DNA of 64,000 nucleotides from Glaucostegus cemiculus. Its lineage: Eukaryota. The stretch covers positions 11,594,001-11,658,000 of the forward strand of contig CDPCPM010000103.1 in assembly GCA_976551045.1 (NCBI GenBank), given 5' to 3'. Within the stretch, counting starts at the first letter, position 1. Each line of letters starts with the position of its first letter. Of this stretch, positions 35,650 through 49,800 are shown piece after piece. The notes beneath the pieces are model-generated. The model saw only the letters and a program-made list of their open reading frames with translations, was not told where the DNA came from and searched no databases. Made by a program: the position numbers and the translations under genes.

Positions 35650-35860
35650 TGCAGTAGATGCTGAAAATCTGAAATAAAAACAGAAAAATGCTGGAAATAC
35701 TCAGCAGGCCTGTGAAAAGGGAAATAAAAAGTTACTCTTTCATGTCTGAGGCACTTTATCAAACTTGGCCAGTTTTGACAAAGTGTTTTGCACCCAAAAC
35801 TTTAATTCTGTTTCTCTTTCCACATATGCTGCCTGACCTACTGGGATGTTTCCACTATCA
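35650..35860. mobile_element. Palindromic Penelope-derived terminal dimer
   Basis: The left arm (agatgctgaaaatctg..ctcagcagg) and right arm (atgctgcctgacctactg) surround the hairpin cactttatcaaacttggccagttttgacaaagtg. Confidence 0.55.
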
Positions 35861-35878
35861 GTATCATGCCTCATAGTA

Positions 35879-36173
35879 CGGGCTGTCCCTGGGTTATGCA
35901 AGGGTTCTGTTCCTGAGAACTGTCCGTAAGCGGATTTCTCCGCAAGTCAGAAATGCCATTTTCTATAGTAACCCATACTGTATCTCTCTACATACACTTG
36001 CTTTAATTCTTTCATTTCATCTATGCTACACACATTTGAACAATGGAACATGTACTGTATCCAGTCATTAATACCGTGAAGCATTTCATTATTACTAACT
36101 TAAAATGTATGGGAGAATATGCATAAGGTTAGATTTACCCAAGTCAGGACATTAGTAACACAGTGAGCCCCTG
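35879..36173. mobile_element. Tc1/mariner (Tigger-like) MITE remnant
   Basis: TA flanks and degenerate terminal inverted repeats, CGGGCTGTCCCTGGGTTA / TAACACAGTGAGCCCCTG. Confidence 0.45.
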
Positions 36174-36491
36174 TATATGGTAATGGATTGCAGAATCAGA
36201 GATAAACAAGTGGGAATGGTATTAAAAATCACATTAAAGTAAGACATAGAAATCATTATCTGGTAGTTTGGAACCAAATACCCTAAAGAAATTAGGGTGA
36301 GAAATGGAAGTGGCCTGGGTGATTATTTGGCAAATGCTACAAGAGGAAAATTGTGCCAGAGATTACCAAACATGTTCTTCAAAAATTAGTGTAACACAAA
36401 ATAATAGGTCAGTAATATTATTCCAGCATTTGATATAGATGATAACTAAGGACTATAGTTAGATTACAGCATAAAATGATTTCTATTTTAC

Positions 36492-36633
36492 CTGGCACGT
36501 GCTCCCAGTTAGTGCCAACAGGCATGGCTTCTGTTATTCCAATTCGAACATGTACATTTCCACGAATGTCAATGGCCCAAAGCATCTGGTCATTGGGGCT
36601 ACAATAAATATTGATCAGTTGTGTTCCTAATGG
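36492..36633 (-). CDS. TECPR2: TECPR2 coding exon (142 nt)
   Basis: tttaaag|CCA...CCA G|gtaaaa. Encodes PLGTQLINIYCSPNDQMLWAIDIRGNVHVRIGITEAMPVGTNWEHVP. Confidence 0.95.
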
Positions 36634-37849
36634 CTTTAAATAGAAGATACAAATATTTTTAAAAAATGAAAAATTTTAATACCACAAACATACAAACAAA
36701 TGACTAAGTGTTCTTTAACCATCATCATGTGACTCCATGCACATTAAGACACAAAGTCTGCTTGCAATTGTGCAAGCACCAGATACATTCACTCAGTTTA
36801 CTATTCAAACTACAAATGTCTGCCTCAGCTTGCTCTTTTCTTAAATAACACTATTAATGCTAAATAAACTTTGCAAATGAATATGTCGATGTTTGCTTTT
36901 GGAAAATATAATGATACTGAAACTGGTGTACATTCTAAATGCAAAGTATTTATTAAATTATGGGTTATATGAAACTCTGAAGCTTATACTACTTGGGAAC
37001 TTGGAGGTCATGCTACTTAGTTTTAAATTATCACACTGGTTACAATGATTGTAATGAAAAGACAAATTTACTTCAGAAACTTTTCTTCCTTATTTTAACT
37101 TTTTGTGTTGTGTTCTTTACAAAGAGACGCAAAAACACTTTACAAGGTACATAAAACTGTGATAATCTGTTATTTGACTATTCAGAAACGCCAATGGTCT
37201 GTCCTCTAGCTCATCAGGTGATGTTTACCATGCTTCCTTCTAACTTACTGGTGGCCTTGTTCCTACACTCTCTCCCAACTCACTGATGCCCCCGTTCCTG
37301 CGCTCCCTTTAAACTAGCCAGGCCCCCGTTTCCAACAATTCCCTTAAGCTTGCTGGGTTCACCAGCAAATTTAGTAAAATACTGTATAATATCTGGGAAA
37401 AATGCAAATTAAGTGTTGAAAAAGAATAACATCCAATAGTCTGGAAAACCTGCTGGTCCAGCTCTGTTAAAATCCTGAGCATGGGAGATTATAGGAGTAT
37501 TACTGTAGTGCCTTTGTATAAAAGCAGGCAGGAATTATGTGCAAAAAGAACTCTGGATGTAACATGAACTACATTGTAAATATATTCTCACGTGATGGAA
37601 AATCATTTTTTCTGTTAATGAGTGCTGGTAGCCTCATGAATGCTGCAACAGTCACGATTGGAATTACAAAGGCAGCTTTTCTTTTCCATGCAGCACAATG
37701 CTTTACAAACCATTTTTTTCATCAAATCCTTATCAGTATTTAAAATCCAGTGAAATGTGGTTTAATTAATTGCTTGCCAGAAAGCTGAAAGAGCTGTTGT
37801 GCACAGACTTCAAATTTCTTCAACAACTGTCCTTCTAGTTTCAGTGTCT

Positions 37850-39500
37850 TCATGTTAAAAAAGAGCAATTACAGAAGGTCTGAAGGAAGAGTTGTCTAAG
37901 AGTAGACTGGTAAAAGGTCAATAGATGAGCAGTGGCAGATATTTTAGCAACTATTTCATGGTCATCAGCAGAAAGAGTGACTCAATGACAGAGGTGAACA
38001 GTCTGTGATTAACGAAAGAGGTCAAGGAAAATATTGAATTAAAACTACAGCATACAAAGTGGCAACATTCTGTAAAGGATTATGACGGAAGCCTTCAAAG
38101 GAATACTACAGAATTTCCAGATTATTCCAAAGTATTCCAGATTAGGAATTTTTCAGGAATCAGCAGCACAAGACTGGAAAGCTAATAAGAAAGGAGAAAA
38201 CAGGGTAGCTTAAGTATGGAACTACTGCAAAGTAAACTGGGGAACTATTAACCAGAAATAAGGAAATAGCATATAATTTTAACCAATAGTTTGTAACAGT
38301 CTTCATTCTGGGGGACACTACAAATATTCCAAACATAACAGATAGGATAGTTTTAAGCAGGAAGGAAGAAACTGTAACACTCCCAATCACAAGGGACAAA
38401 GTATTAGTAAAACTGATTGATCTAAAGGCAAACAAGTCACCAGAACCCAGTGATCTGCATCCAATGGTTTTAAAGCAAATAGCTGCAGAGAAAGTAGAGT
38501 CATGGTTTACAGTTTTTCAAATTTCAACATGTTCCAAGAGGATATTGGTGGATTGGAAAAAACACAAACGTGACAGCTTGTTCAAGAAGAGAGGAAGAAA
38601 AAGAGCAGGAAACTATAGGCCAGTTAGTTTAATATATGTTGCTGGCAAGACTTTGAACTCTATAAATCAAGGAAGAAACAACTTGCCATTTAGAGAAGCT
38701 TAATCAAACCAAGTCAAATGTTTTATGAAAATCAAGTATGACAAATTTTCTAGAGCTCTTCAAGGATATAACAAGCAGAGTTGAAAGAGGGGAACCTGTA
38801 GAATGAATGCATTTGGATTTCCTGAAGGCACTTGATATGGTGCTGCATTGAAGGTTCATGTCCAAGAGCTCATGGTATTGGGGGAAAATATGCTAACATG
38901 GATTGAAGATAGATTGTCACAAAGAAGTCAGAGTTGAATAAACAGGTCTTTTTCAGACTGGAAAGACACAACTAGTGGAGTGCCCCAATGATCAGCCAAT
39001 TACTTACTACAGTAAAACTTCATTAATGAGGTATACTCTACAATTTAGTGGTACCAGACAAGTTGATTTTCCAGACTATCAGACGTTATTCTTTTAGCAC
39101 TCTGACACTCTCTTAGTTCACCTCTTTAAAAAGAGAACAGCAGAACGGTAAATTTTCCAGTGAACCTGGTGAGTTGAAAGGGAGTGCAGGAACGAGGGCT
39201 CCAGCAAAATTGAAAGGATGCGCAGGATCCAGGACCTCGGACTCCAACGATTTGAAAGACAGCATGAAAACCAGTTCCTGAATAGCCAGATGCTGAACCA
39301 CTGGGTTTTCCAAATAGTTAAAAAGTGGATTATTGGAGTCTTGATGAATCTATAGTAATGATTTGAAGGAGTAGATATCCATGTTTGCAAATGAAAGCAA
39401 CTGGGAGGGCATGCTGTGAGAAGGATATGTGGACTCTGCAACATACGACAGACAATTTGAGTGGATGGACAAAAAGTTGGATAATTGATTGGAAATAAGG
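37850..39500 (+). mobile_element. Degraded CR1 ORF2 fragment with a probable MITE insertion at ~39010-39350
   Basis: Encodes LFKKRGRKRAGNYRPVSL and has agtggagtgccccaa. It is interrupted by a segment starting ta-cagtaaaactt. Confidence 0.65.
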
Positions 39501-41371
39501 AGGTCTACGTTACACAACTGGGCTTAATCTCCTTATGTTACAAATGGTGCCGAGAAAGGAATATAGAAACATTTTCAAGTATTTTGAAGTTTCCTCTCCC
39601 TATGGTAAATGCAACGGCATGATTGTGGCTTGCAGGGCTGGTGAACCAATTAATACTCACTGTTGGAGTTTGCACTTGAATGACAAACATATGAGTAAGC
39701 AAGAGTTTATGAACAGAATTGCACATTTGCAATTGAAATACAACAATTTTGCAACACGACTTGCATGTCAGAGCAGAGTTCACTGGCTTTAACTTGGGCA
39801 TTGCTGCAGACAAATCAAAACAGTAGAATCAGAACAAATACAAGAGGCTGATAGTCATATCTAGCTCAGGTAACTAGGCTGTGCTTTCGCAATAGGCAGA
39901 GTTTATTTGCTGCACCAGCAATTGTTGAGAAAAGATCTGAAGTTTAAACTAGGAACAGAACCACTCCCCCAGTAAAGCTGTTGATGCTTTTAAGTAACAA
40001 ACAAGTTACCACAGCTACAAGAGTAAGGATATGAATTTTAAACAGCAGGAGCTGAATGAAAAAATACTAGTATTGTTGCTCATGTATGCTTAGCTTCAGC
40101 TTAGTGAATCAAGAGAAGTTGATTCTAGATCATAAATTTTATTCTGATTTATTTGCCACCCAAGTTAGTATTAATGATACCATATTAAAAAGAGTTTAAC
40201 TCTTAGCACATAAAATTTCTCTGTACCAAAGAAATAAATTGTAAGGGTTGTGAAATCACCAGGATAATAATGTGGACAAATTGCAGCTGAGAAAAATTTT
40301 ACCAGAAGAAAAATGAATTCACTTGCTTTTTGGAAAACTCCATGTAACACGCTCACTATTGCATTCTTATAATTGATACCAACAGTAGAATTCATGGTTA
40401 TGTAATGTGATAAAGCAGGTTCAATGTGAAACAAATATATCCTACAAATGAAGTGGCCTTCAAAAAGGCAATCTTCCCAAACAAATATTTCCCACAGCAC
40501 ATAACGAATTGCTGAGAAAAATACCATCAAATGTAAAGAATTACAGTTAAAGTTGCATCCCACAAGTTGATATCAAGTTTCTCATTTGGTTAGGAAAAAA
40601 ATGTCACTGTTTATAAAATATTTTTCATGTTAAAAATAAACACACCTCTAGCTTACTATGAGCATAAAATCAATGCATGCAGCTTCATTTAAGCTAATTC
40701 TTGACTTAAACCAGAATTGCAAGTTTTATGATCATAAAAAATATGACATCACTTTGGGTATCTCACTATTTAAGAACTTCCCATAAAACCTTGGTGTGTC
40801 TAGAATAATCACCAAAAATTGGATTAAAATATAAATATAGCTTTCTGTACAAGCACCTTTCCATTTCAAAATTAGAATTATTGTATTCCGAAGTACTTTA
40901 AACATGTTACGATATGTAAAATAGGTTTGAGAAACCATATCTAGATGGTACTCTAATAAAGCACTATCGACACAAGTAAATGATGACATTCTATATGTCC
41001 ACCATTGAAATAATAGATTCATTTCCCAAAAATGCTGGCTTGGAGACATTCAAATGTAAACCATAAAATTATAGATATCAATCCAAAAGAGCTTTGTGAA
41101 AAATTCTGGCTTTATAATTCAGACCAGTAAAAATGGTTTGTAAATCCTCTTTGAAAAACTGACTGAACCATAAAGGCAGACTCATCAGAATTATAAATCT
41201 ATATACAGACACACACACACATACAAATATATATCATAAAACCCCTGGATTGTACAGGGAAATACCAGCAAATATCACAGAATTGCTGGCACTTCCCTTC
41301 ATAATCAGCACCAATTCTGGCATTTCTACAAATGGGCATGAATACAGAGGTCCCAAACACACTGGTGTAAC

Positions 41372-41945
41372 ACACAAAAGAGCTGAGGAACTCAGTGGGT
41401 CAGGCAGCATCTATGGAGGGAAATGGTCAGTTGACATTTCAGGTCAAGACCCTTCATCAGGACTAGAAAGAAAGAGGGAAGATAGCCAGTATAAAAAGGT
41501 GGGGGAAGGGGTGGAGCAAAAGCTTGCGGGCAAGGGGTGTGTGTGAAAAGAGTGGGAATGAAGTGAGAAGCTGAGAGGTGATAGATGAAAGTAACAAAAG
41601 AGCTGAGGAAGTTGGAATCAAATGGGAGAGGACAGTGGGCTATGGAATAAAGGGGAGGATGCAAGGAGGGGAACCAGAAGGAGGAATGTGTGGGTAATGG
41701 GCAGATTGAGAGGGTGGGAGAGGGGAAAGAGATGGGATGGTGGGACAAGGGAAAACAAAAAAGAGACAGAAGAGTGGTTACTGGAAGTTAGTGGTTGCTG
41801 TCAGGTTGGAGACTACCAAGGCAGAATACAAGGTGCTGTTCCTCTAATCAGCATCTAGCCCCAACTTGGCGGTCGAGGTGGACAGACATGTCGGTGTGGG
41901 AATGGGAAGTGCAATTAAAATGGCTGGCCACTGAGAGAAGCTGCA
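41372..41945 (-). mobile_element. Penelope-like element 3' end with hammerhead core
   Basis: Terminal module plus a pyrimidine-rich spacer and remnants of the ORF end. Confidence 0.75.
41428..41465 (-). ncRNA. Minimal type I hammerhead ribozyme motif (partly decayed)
   Basis: Minus tagtc-CTGATGA-agggtcttgacct-GAAA-t-GTC-aactg: both catalytic boxes, stem II and the GUC triplet are present. Confidence 0.6.
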
Positions 41946-43236
41946 CCTATTTGTTGACTTTTTTCAAACCGTGATCTAGGACTGAATTCAGTATTGACCA
42001 AAATAATCAACATATTAGAAGGCATTTGGAAGCATAAAAGCATCAACTGCAGGCTCAAAACTCTTAGTAAAAGCCTGTATTTAGGAATAAATGAGAAATC
42101 CAACATAACTAGCTTGGTTTATTGATCTGAATGGTGCTATCAGAGCTCAAGAGGTCATCAACACCAAATGGAAAGAACTCTCCCAACATGTCACAGATAG
42201 GTTAATGCAACTAGGGAATCTCTTTGGAAATTGTGGATATACGTACACGACAGAGTGTTGCTGATGTTAAAATTCTGCCTTAAGTTCCCAATTTATGTAG
42301 CAATTTTATATATAGAAGTCTCTAAACCTGGAAGTACATTAGAAGTTAAGACTGTACAATTTACCAGTTGGATATAAACAATTCATTTAGGTGTAGATGC
42401 CTTCTGAGAGCAGGTGAAGGGGAAATTCAAGGCAGTTAGTCTAGATATAGTTATCAGCTTAGTAGGCAAATTTACTCAGGAACAGACAGCACCTCTGTAG
42501 ACGGTTGTTCATAATTGCAATGCCTCAGAAACTATGATAATCCATTCTCAAAGGACAAGCTCAATTAAGTTCTGCAACTATTCCTAATCACACAGGATTG
42601 AATCTCTTTCAAAGTTTCATTCACCAGATCCATTAACTTCCCAATTATCTGCAAAGACTAAATCATTAATTTCTATTTGGTTTAACATTGGAACTCATTT
42701 GTAAATTTATAATCAAATAACTGTTAATGACTGCTAGATAACTGGCTGTACTTAGAATCTCCACAGACTAATTACTTGCAGATTCAGTGTTTAAAATGGA
42801 TTAAATTTGGCTCAAAGGTCAAGGAAAACTATTTAAATTCATGTGCTTGATGTCACACCTTTGTAGAAAAATGCTCTAATCAGACCTTCAAACCAACATT
42901 TGGATGTTTGTTTTCCACATTTAAAAAGGTACATGCTATTCTAGTGTTCAACTTACAAAGTGGTTTGGCTATCTACTCTTGTTATTTTGTTTAATCACAA
43001 AGCCAAGAACTATTGCTTTGGGACAGATATCTGTACAATTTTTAAAATTCATCAGTGGTGCTGATGGAGAAATCAATTAGACTTTATGCCCTAAATATGA
43101 TATTTTCCCCCCTGCCCTACTGGAGTCCATACATACAGATATAGGACCGACAAAGAATCACGTTCATCTTCCATAGTTAAACAGCCTTGCTTTGATCATC
43201 ACTTTTGTACATGTACAAAAATTCACTCACGAGATT

Positions 43237-46200
43237 AAGACCATAAGATAAAAAAGCAGAAGTTAGCCAGTCAGCCCATTGACTCTGCTCTGCCATTCTA
43301 TCATGAGCTGATCCATTCTCTCATTTAGCCCCACTCTCCTGCCTTCTCACCATAACCTTTGATGCCTTGGCTACTCAGATACCCATCAATCGCTGCCTTA
43401 AATACACCCAATGACTTTGCCTCCACAGCCACCCATGGCAACAAATTCCACAGATTCACCACTCTGGCTAAAAAAAATTCTCTGCATCTCTGTTCTGAAT
43501 GGGCGCCCTCCAATCCTGAAATTGTGCCCTCTTGTACTAGATTCCCCTACCATAGTAAACAACTTTGCCACATCTACTCTGTCCAGGCCTTTTACCATTC
43601 AAAATGTTTCTATGAGGTCCCTCCCCACCCATTCTTCTGAACTCCAAGGAGTACAGCCCAAGAACAGTCAAACATTCCTCATATGTTAACCCTCTCATTC
43701 CTGGAATCATTCTAGTGAATCTTCTCTGAACCCTCTCCAATGTCAGCACATCCTTTCTTAAAAAAGGAGCCCAAAACTGCACACAGTACTCCAAGTGAGA
43801 TCTTACCAATGCCTTATAGAGCCTCAACATCACATCCCTGCTCTTATATTCTATTCCTCTAGAAATGAATCACCTTCTTCACCACTGACTCAACTTGGAG
43901 GTTAACTTTTTTGGTATCCTGCATGAGGGCTCCCAAGTTCCTTTGCATCTCTGAATTTTGAATTTTCTCCCCATTTAAATAGTAGTCTGCCTATTTATTT
44001 CTTCTGCCAATGTGCATGACCATACACTTCCCAAAATTGTATTTGCCACTTATTTGCCCATTCTCCTAGTCAATCCAAGTCTCTCTGCAGACTCCCCTTT
44101 TCCTCAACACTACCTGCCCCTCCAACTATCTTTGTATCATTGGCAAACTTAGCCACAAAACCATTTATTCCAAAATCCAAATCATTGATATACAACATAA
44201 GAAGAAGCGGCCCCAACACAGACCCCTGTGGAACACCACTGGTAACTGGCAGCCAACCAGAATGGGATCCCTTTATTCTCACTCTGTTTCCTGCCAATCA
44301 GCCAAAGCTCTATCCATGCTTGTAACTTCCCTGTAATTCCATGGGCCCTCATCTTGTTTAGCAGCCTCATGTGTGACAAAAGCCTTCTGAAAATCTAAAT
44401 ACAAGCATCCACTGCATCTCCTTTGTCTAGCCTGCTTGTAATTTCCTCAAAAAATTGCAATAGGTTTGTCAGGCAGGATCTTCCTTTAAGAAAACCATGC
44501 TGAGTTCGCCCTATCTTGTCATGTGCCTCCAGGTACTCTGTCACCTCATCCTTGACAATCAACTCCAATAACTTCCCAAACACCGATGTCAGGCTAACAG
44601 GGCTATAAAATTTCCATTTTGCTGCCTTGCACCCTTCTTAAATAGCAGAGTGACATTTGCAATTTTCCAGTCCTCCGGAACCATGCCAGAATCTATTGAT
44701 TCTTGAAAGATCATTACTAATGCCTCCACAATCTCTACAGCTACTTCCTTCAGAACACGAGGGTGCATTCCATCTGGTCCAGTAGATTTATCTACCCTTA
44801 GACTATTCAGCTTCCTGAGTACCTTCTCTGTTGTATTTGTGACTGCACACACTGCTCTTCCCCGACTCCCTTATTCAGTATACTGCTGATGTCTTCCTCA
44901 GTGAAGATTGATGCAAAATACTCATTCAATTCCTCTGCCATCTCCTAGTCTCCCATTACAATTTCTCCAGCGTTGTTTTCTACTGGTCCTATATCTACTC
45001 TCGCCAGTCTTTTACTCTTAATATTGTTGAAAAAGCTTTTAGTATACTCTTTGATATTATTTGCGAGCTTCCTTTCATAGTTCATCTTTTCCTTCCTAAT
45101 GACCTTCTTAGCTGCCGTTTGTAAGTTTTTAAAAAGCTTCCCAATCCTCTATCTTCCCACTAATCTTTGCTTCCTTGTATGCCCTCTCCTTTGCTTTTAC
45201 TTTGGCTTTCACATCTCTTGTCAGCCACTGTTGTGTTCTTTTTCCATCTGAAAATTTCTCCTTTTTTGGAATATATCTGTCTTGCACCTTCCTCACTTCT
45301 CGTAGAAACTCCAGCCATTTCTGGTCTGCCGTCCTTCCCGCTAGTGTCCCTTTCCAGTCAACGTTGGCCAGTTCCTCTCTCATGCCACTGTAATTTCCTT
45401 TACTCCAATGAAATACCGACACATCGGATTTCGGCTTCTCCTTCTCAGATTTCAAAGTGAACTCAATCACTGCCTCCTAAGGGTTCCTTCACCTTTAGCT
45501 CTCTAATCATCTCTGGTTCATTACACAATACCCAATCCAGTACAGCCGACCCCCTAGTGGACTCAACAACAAGCTTTTCTAAAAAGCCATCTCGTAGACA
45601 TTCTACAAATTCTCTCTCGAGATCCAGTACCAATCTGATTTTCCCAATCCACTTGCATATTAAAATCCCCCACAATTATCATAGCATTGCCCTTCTGACA
45701 AGCCTTTTCTATTTCATGTTGTAATTTGTAGTTCACATCATGGCAGCTGTTTGGAGGCATGTATATAACTGCCATCAGGGTCCTTTTACCCATGTGATTT
45801 CTTAACTCCACCCATAAAGATTCTACATCTTCTGATCCTATGTCACCTCTTTCTAATGATTTAATATTATTTCTTACCAGCAAAGCCAGGGCACTCCCTC
45901 TGCCTACCTGCCTATCCTTCCGATACACTGTGTATCCTTGGATGTTCAGCTTCCAAAGACATCCATCCTTTAGCCATGTCTCAGTGATGGCCACATCATA
46001 CCTACCAATCTGTAGCTGTATTACAAAATCATCCACTTTATTTCTTATGCTGCGTGCATTTAAGTATAATACTTTAAGTCCAGTATTTGGTACTTATTGC
46101 TTTGACTGCATGGCAACGCTATTGCACTGCAACTCATCCCACTCACTGCAAATTTGCCCCATCACCTGCCTGTCCTTCCTGTCATCTTTACTGCATGCTG

Positions 46201-46760
46201 TTTTTGATTTATTACTGTTTTCCCCTTCCTCAGCCCTATCACTCCAGTTCCCATCCCCCTACCAAATTAGTTTAAACCCTAACAGCTCTATTAAACCTGC
46301 CCACTAGGATATTGGTCCCCTTCATGTTCAGGTGTAACCCATCCTTTTTGTAGAGGTCATATTTCCCCCCAGAAGAGATCCCAATGATCCAAGAATCTGA
46401 ATCCCTGCGCCATGCACCAGTCTCTCAGCAACACATTCATCTGCCTGATCCTGCTATTCTTGCCCTTACTAGCATGCAGCACAGGCAGCAATCCTGAGAT
46501 TACTACCCTGGAGATCCTGCTTCTCAGCTTCCTTCCTAACTCTCTGTATTCTCTCTTCAGGACCTCCTCCCTTTTGCTACCTATATCATTGGCACCAACA
46601 TGTACCAAGACTTCTGGCTGCTTGCCCTCTCCCTTCAGAATACCCTGGACCTGATCAGAGATATCCCGGACCCCGGCACCTGGGAAGCAACACACCACAC
46701 AGATGTCTTTCAGGCTCACAGAATCTCCTGTCCGTTCCCCACACTATGGAATCCCCATAG
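43237..46760 (-). mobile_element. Near full-length CR1 LINE (SGNH-esterase ORF1 remnant, APE and RT ORF2 remnants)
   Basis: ORF1 contains CCFPGAGVRD..HVGANDIG..VVISGLLP..FLDHWDLFWG. ORF2 contains VAITETWL, IVGDFN, DWKIANVT, QHGFLKGRSCLTNL, SGVPQGSVLGP and KFANDTK. It has several frameshifts. Confidence 0.92.
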
Positions 46761-47417
46761 GCTCCAGATGAGTCATTGTCATGTGAAGATGAAGTGGAGA
46801 AATGAAGATGACTGTGGAAATTTGAAAAGTGAACAGCACAGCAGTTTCAAGGTAATGTCGAAAGGCATATTCTGTATGCAATTAGTATTAAAATCCAAAT
46901 CACTTCCAAACATGAAGCATAAAGAAACACAACATGGATAAATTAATTAGAATACAATGTATCCTATTCTATTTCCCCCACCACATCTTCTCCATTTATC
47001 TATGCAATTCATCTCAACCACTCATTAGGATAGCAATTAATACCTTCTCAACTCAGTTGTTTTTCCTCATATTCACCCTAATGGATTCAATAACTTGAAA
47101 TTTTTCCTTTGATACTAACAGCAAAATCAAGGTCAACAGATCTCTCTTTAGTTGACTCCATGTATAATCACCACCTACCAATCACTATCAAAATAAATAA
47201 TTTCAATTTGGTGCAAATTTTTGCCTAATCTCATAGATTGATACAGAAACCATAAGTGCAGATAATTTGGGAAGTCAAAACCTTCAAGTTCCAATTTCAA
47301 GATATTTTGATTAAAGTTTTGGAGCTGTTAGGAGTTAACTTTACACTGCTTTCTGACGAGCCATACCCAAGTTAGTATACTTGATAAGAGAAAGATAAAT
47401 ATCTGTCTGCCACCTAC

Positions 47418-47566
47418 CTGTTCTGGTGGTTCAATGGTTATCCAAGCAGGCAGCATCATGCTGGGGTTTAAAGGTTGCGTCCCCACACGGAAATAAACAA
47501 TTCCATCAACATCACAAGCCCACACGTGCTGACCTCCACAAGCTAGGCCTGCTAGTTTTATGCTTC
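47418..47566 (-). CDS. TECPR2: TECPR2 coding exon (149 nt)
   Basis: ctattcag|GA AGC...GAA CAG|gtaggt. Encodes GSIKLAGLACGGQHVWACDVDGIVYFRVGTQPLNPSMMLPAWITIEPPEQ. Confidence 0.95.
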
Positions 47567-48049
47567 CTGAATAGAAAAACAAACACTTTTAGCAATGTGA
47601 GGCAGCCACTGAGCCCATAAGGATAAAAGAGTTTGCAATTTTGTTTAGAATCACAGTCAAAAGGAAGAATGAATGTTGATTATTCCCCACACATGAATTT
47701 TTACTCCAGTCATCCTGAGACACTGGATGTAAGGAGAGAGTGGAGGGCAATTTGAGCAAATTCTATAAAGAGGAAAAAGTGGAGGGGAGGCCAGAGGAAG
47801 AGAGATTGATGAATGGCAGTTGTTCACTTACATCTCTTTACAATTATTGTAGGTGCTCTTGACTACATATTACAATGCCTGAAGCTTCAAAAGCAAGCTG
47901 GAAGCCTCAAACTAATCATTTAATTAAACCTTTTATATTAGGGAAAAACACATGTACATAAAAAGGCAACAAAATTTTTCATCTGGAACATTTAACTTTC
48001 CTCAAAAAATGACATCTCCTTAGTTATAACCAGTTTGGTATTCCAAAAA

Positions 48050-49800
48050 GAAAGATAATTGATGGGCTGTATGATCCCTTGCACCAGCTCCATTCAACCT
48101 CAGGACTGATCCCAAGTAGACAAAGGAGATCCAAAAATCCCTCAATTTCCTCAAGACTCTAGAACTCCACTTATCTCAGGTTTGAATATACTCAACAACT
48201 AAGCAAGATCAACCATGGTCTTCAGGCACAAAGAATTCCAAAGATTTACAACATGTGTAGCAAAGAGAAGTCATCTCATCATATTGAGTAGCCTAACCAT
48301 TCAACTTCTATTTATAGATTGTGCTCAGTACCTTTTTTGACTCGATGGGATCACTTCTTATAGTCATTGGAATTTAGAAGAATATCAATCTTAAAATCAT
48401 TCCTTGTAAGACAATTCCCTCATCCTATGAATCAATCCAGTAAATCTATGCTACAGTCTCCAAGGGGTATATAACTTTTTATTTAGCTACAGTGACCAAA
48501 ACTGCACAGTATTACAACAGAGATCTCACAAAAAATTCTTGTCTATTAGAGCAAGATGTCTGTACTCATGTACTTGTACAACTTTGCAACGAAGGTAAAG
48601 ATATTGCTTGTCTGCCCATTTAAACCTTGCTGCATCAGGAGGTTTGCTTTCCGCGTGAAACAAGCCTATGAATCTTTGAGTACCAACATTTACTCATATT
48701 TCAGCGCTTAAAAATATAATCGTTAAGTCACACAGCACTGAAAGTAAACCCACCACGTCCAATCCGACCATCAAATACCCATCGATACCAATCCCATTTA
48801 CCAGAACCTGATTCGTAGCCTTCTATGCCTTAGTAATTCAAGTGCTCATCCAGGTACTTCTTAAATGTTGCGAGAATACCTGCCTCCACTGCTCTCTCAG
48901 GCAATGTGTTCCAGATTGCAACCATTCTTTAGAAGCAAACATTGTGGCTTTCCAATGTGTAGATTAATTTTCTACCTCATTTTCTTTCGCCCAATGAGCT
49001 ACTGATGCTAGACTCACCGACCTATAATTATCCAACTTATCCTTGCTGCCCTTCTCAAATAAAGAAACCACATTTGCTGTCCTCCAATCAAATGGCACTT
49101 TGGTTGTCACCAGTGAAAATTTAAAAATGTTTGTCAGAGCCTCAGCAATCTCTTCCCTTACTACTCATAGCAGCCTGGTATACATCTCATCAGGCCCTCT
49201 CCACCTTTAAGCCTGCTAAAGCTTCTAATACACCGCCCTTTTTAATGTTAATGTGTTGTAGAATATCCCTGCCCCCTTCCTGAAGTCTGCAATTACAATG
49301 ACTTTCTCCCAAGTTGATTATAAGTATTCATTCAAGACTGCACCTATCTCCTCTGACACCAGGCACAGATGGCCCCTTTGGTCCCCAACAGGCCAATAGT
49401 CTTTCCTGGGTTACCCTCTTATAAAGTGCCTCAAGATTGTCCTTAATCTTGTCTGCCAGTGATATTTTTGTGGAACTTTTATAAAGTACCCCCATATGCA
49501 TTCCATGCTCCTGAAGGACCTCACCCATTTTCAGTACTCCACACATGCCACATGCTTACTTTTTTTTCCCCTAAAAGAAAATGATCTAAACTCTCAATAG
49601 CCCTTGACATCCAGAGTTCCTTGGAATTCTCTTTCTTCCCCTTTGCCCCTTACAAGGACATATTGGCCATGAAAATCCAGACTGAACATGTCCACTATTT
49701 CCTCTATCTAGTCTGTTATTTATATCTCTATTAGATTTGTCATACATTATTTAAATTTCATAAAATCACATTGACTCTGCCTGATAATGCTTTGATGTTC
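48050..49800 (-). mobile_element. Cluster of degraded CR1 fragments
   Basis: Reverse CR1 3' ends at ~48060 and ~48725, plus ORF2 remnants (gcagcctggtatacatctcatcaggccct). Confidence 0.55.

Noticed and set aside
37140-37507. Possible Tigger-like MITE ending ggagtattactg-ta
   Set aside because: Only one terminus is recognisable, so the element cannot be delimited.
39535-41049. Several 85-130 aa intronic ORFs
   Set aside because: AT-rich random ORFs. The TECPR2 exon chain is complete without them (EPPEQ joins PLGTQ in phase 0).
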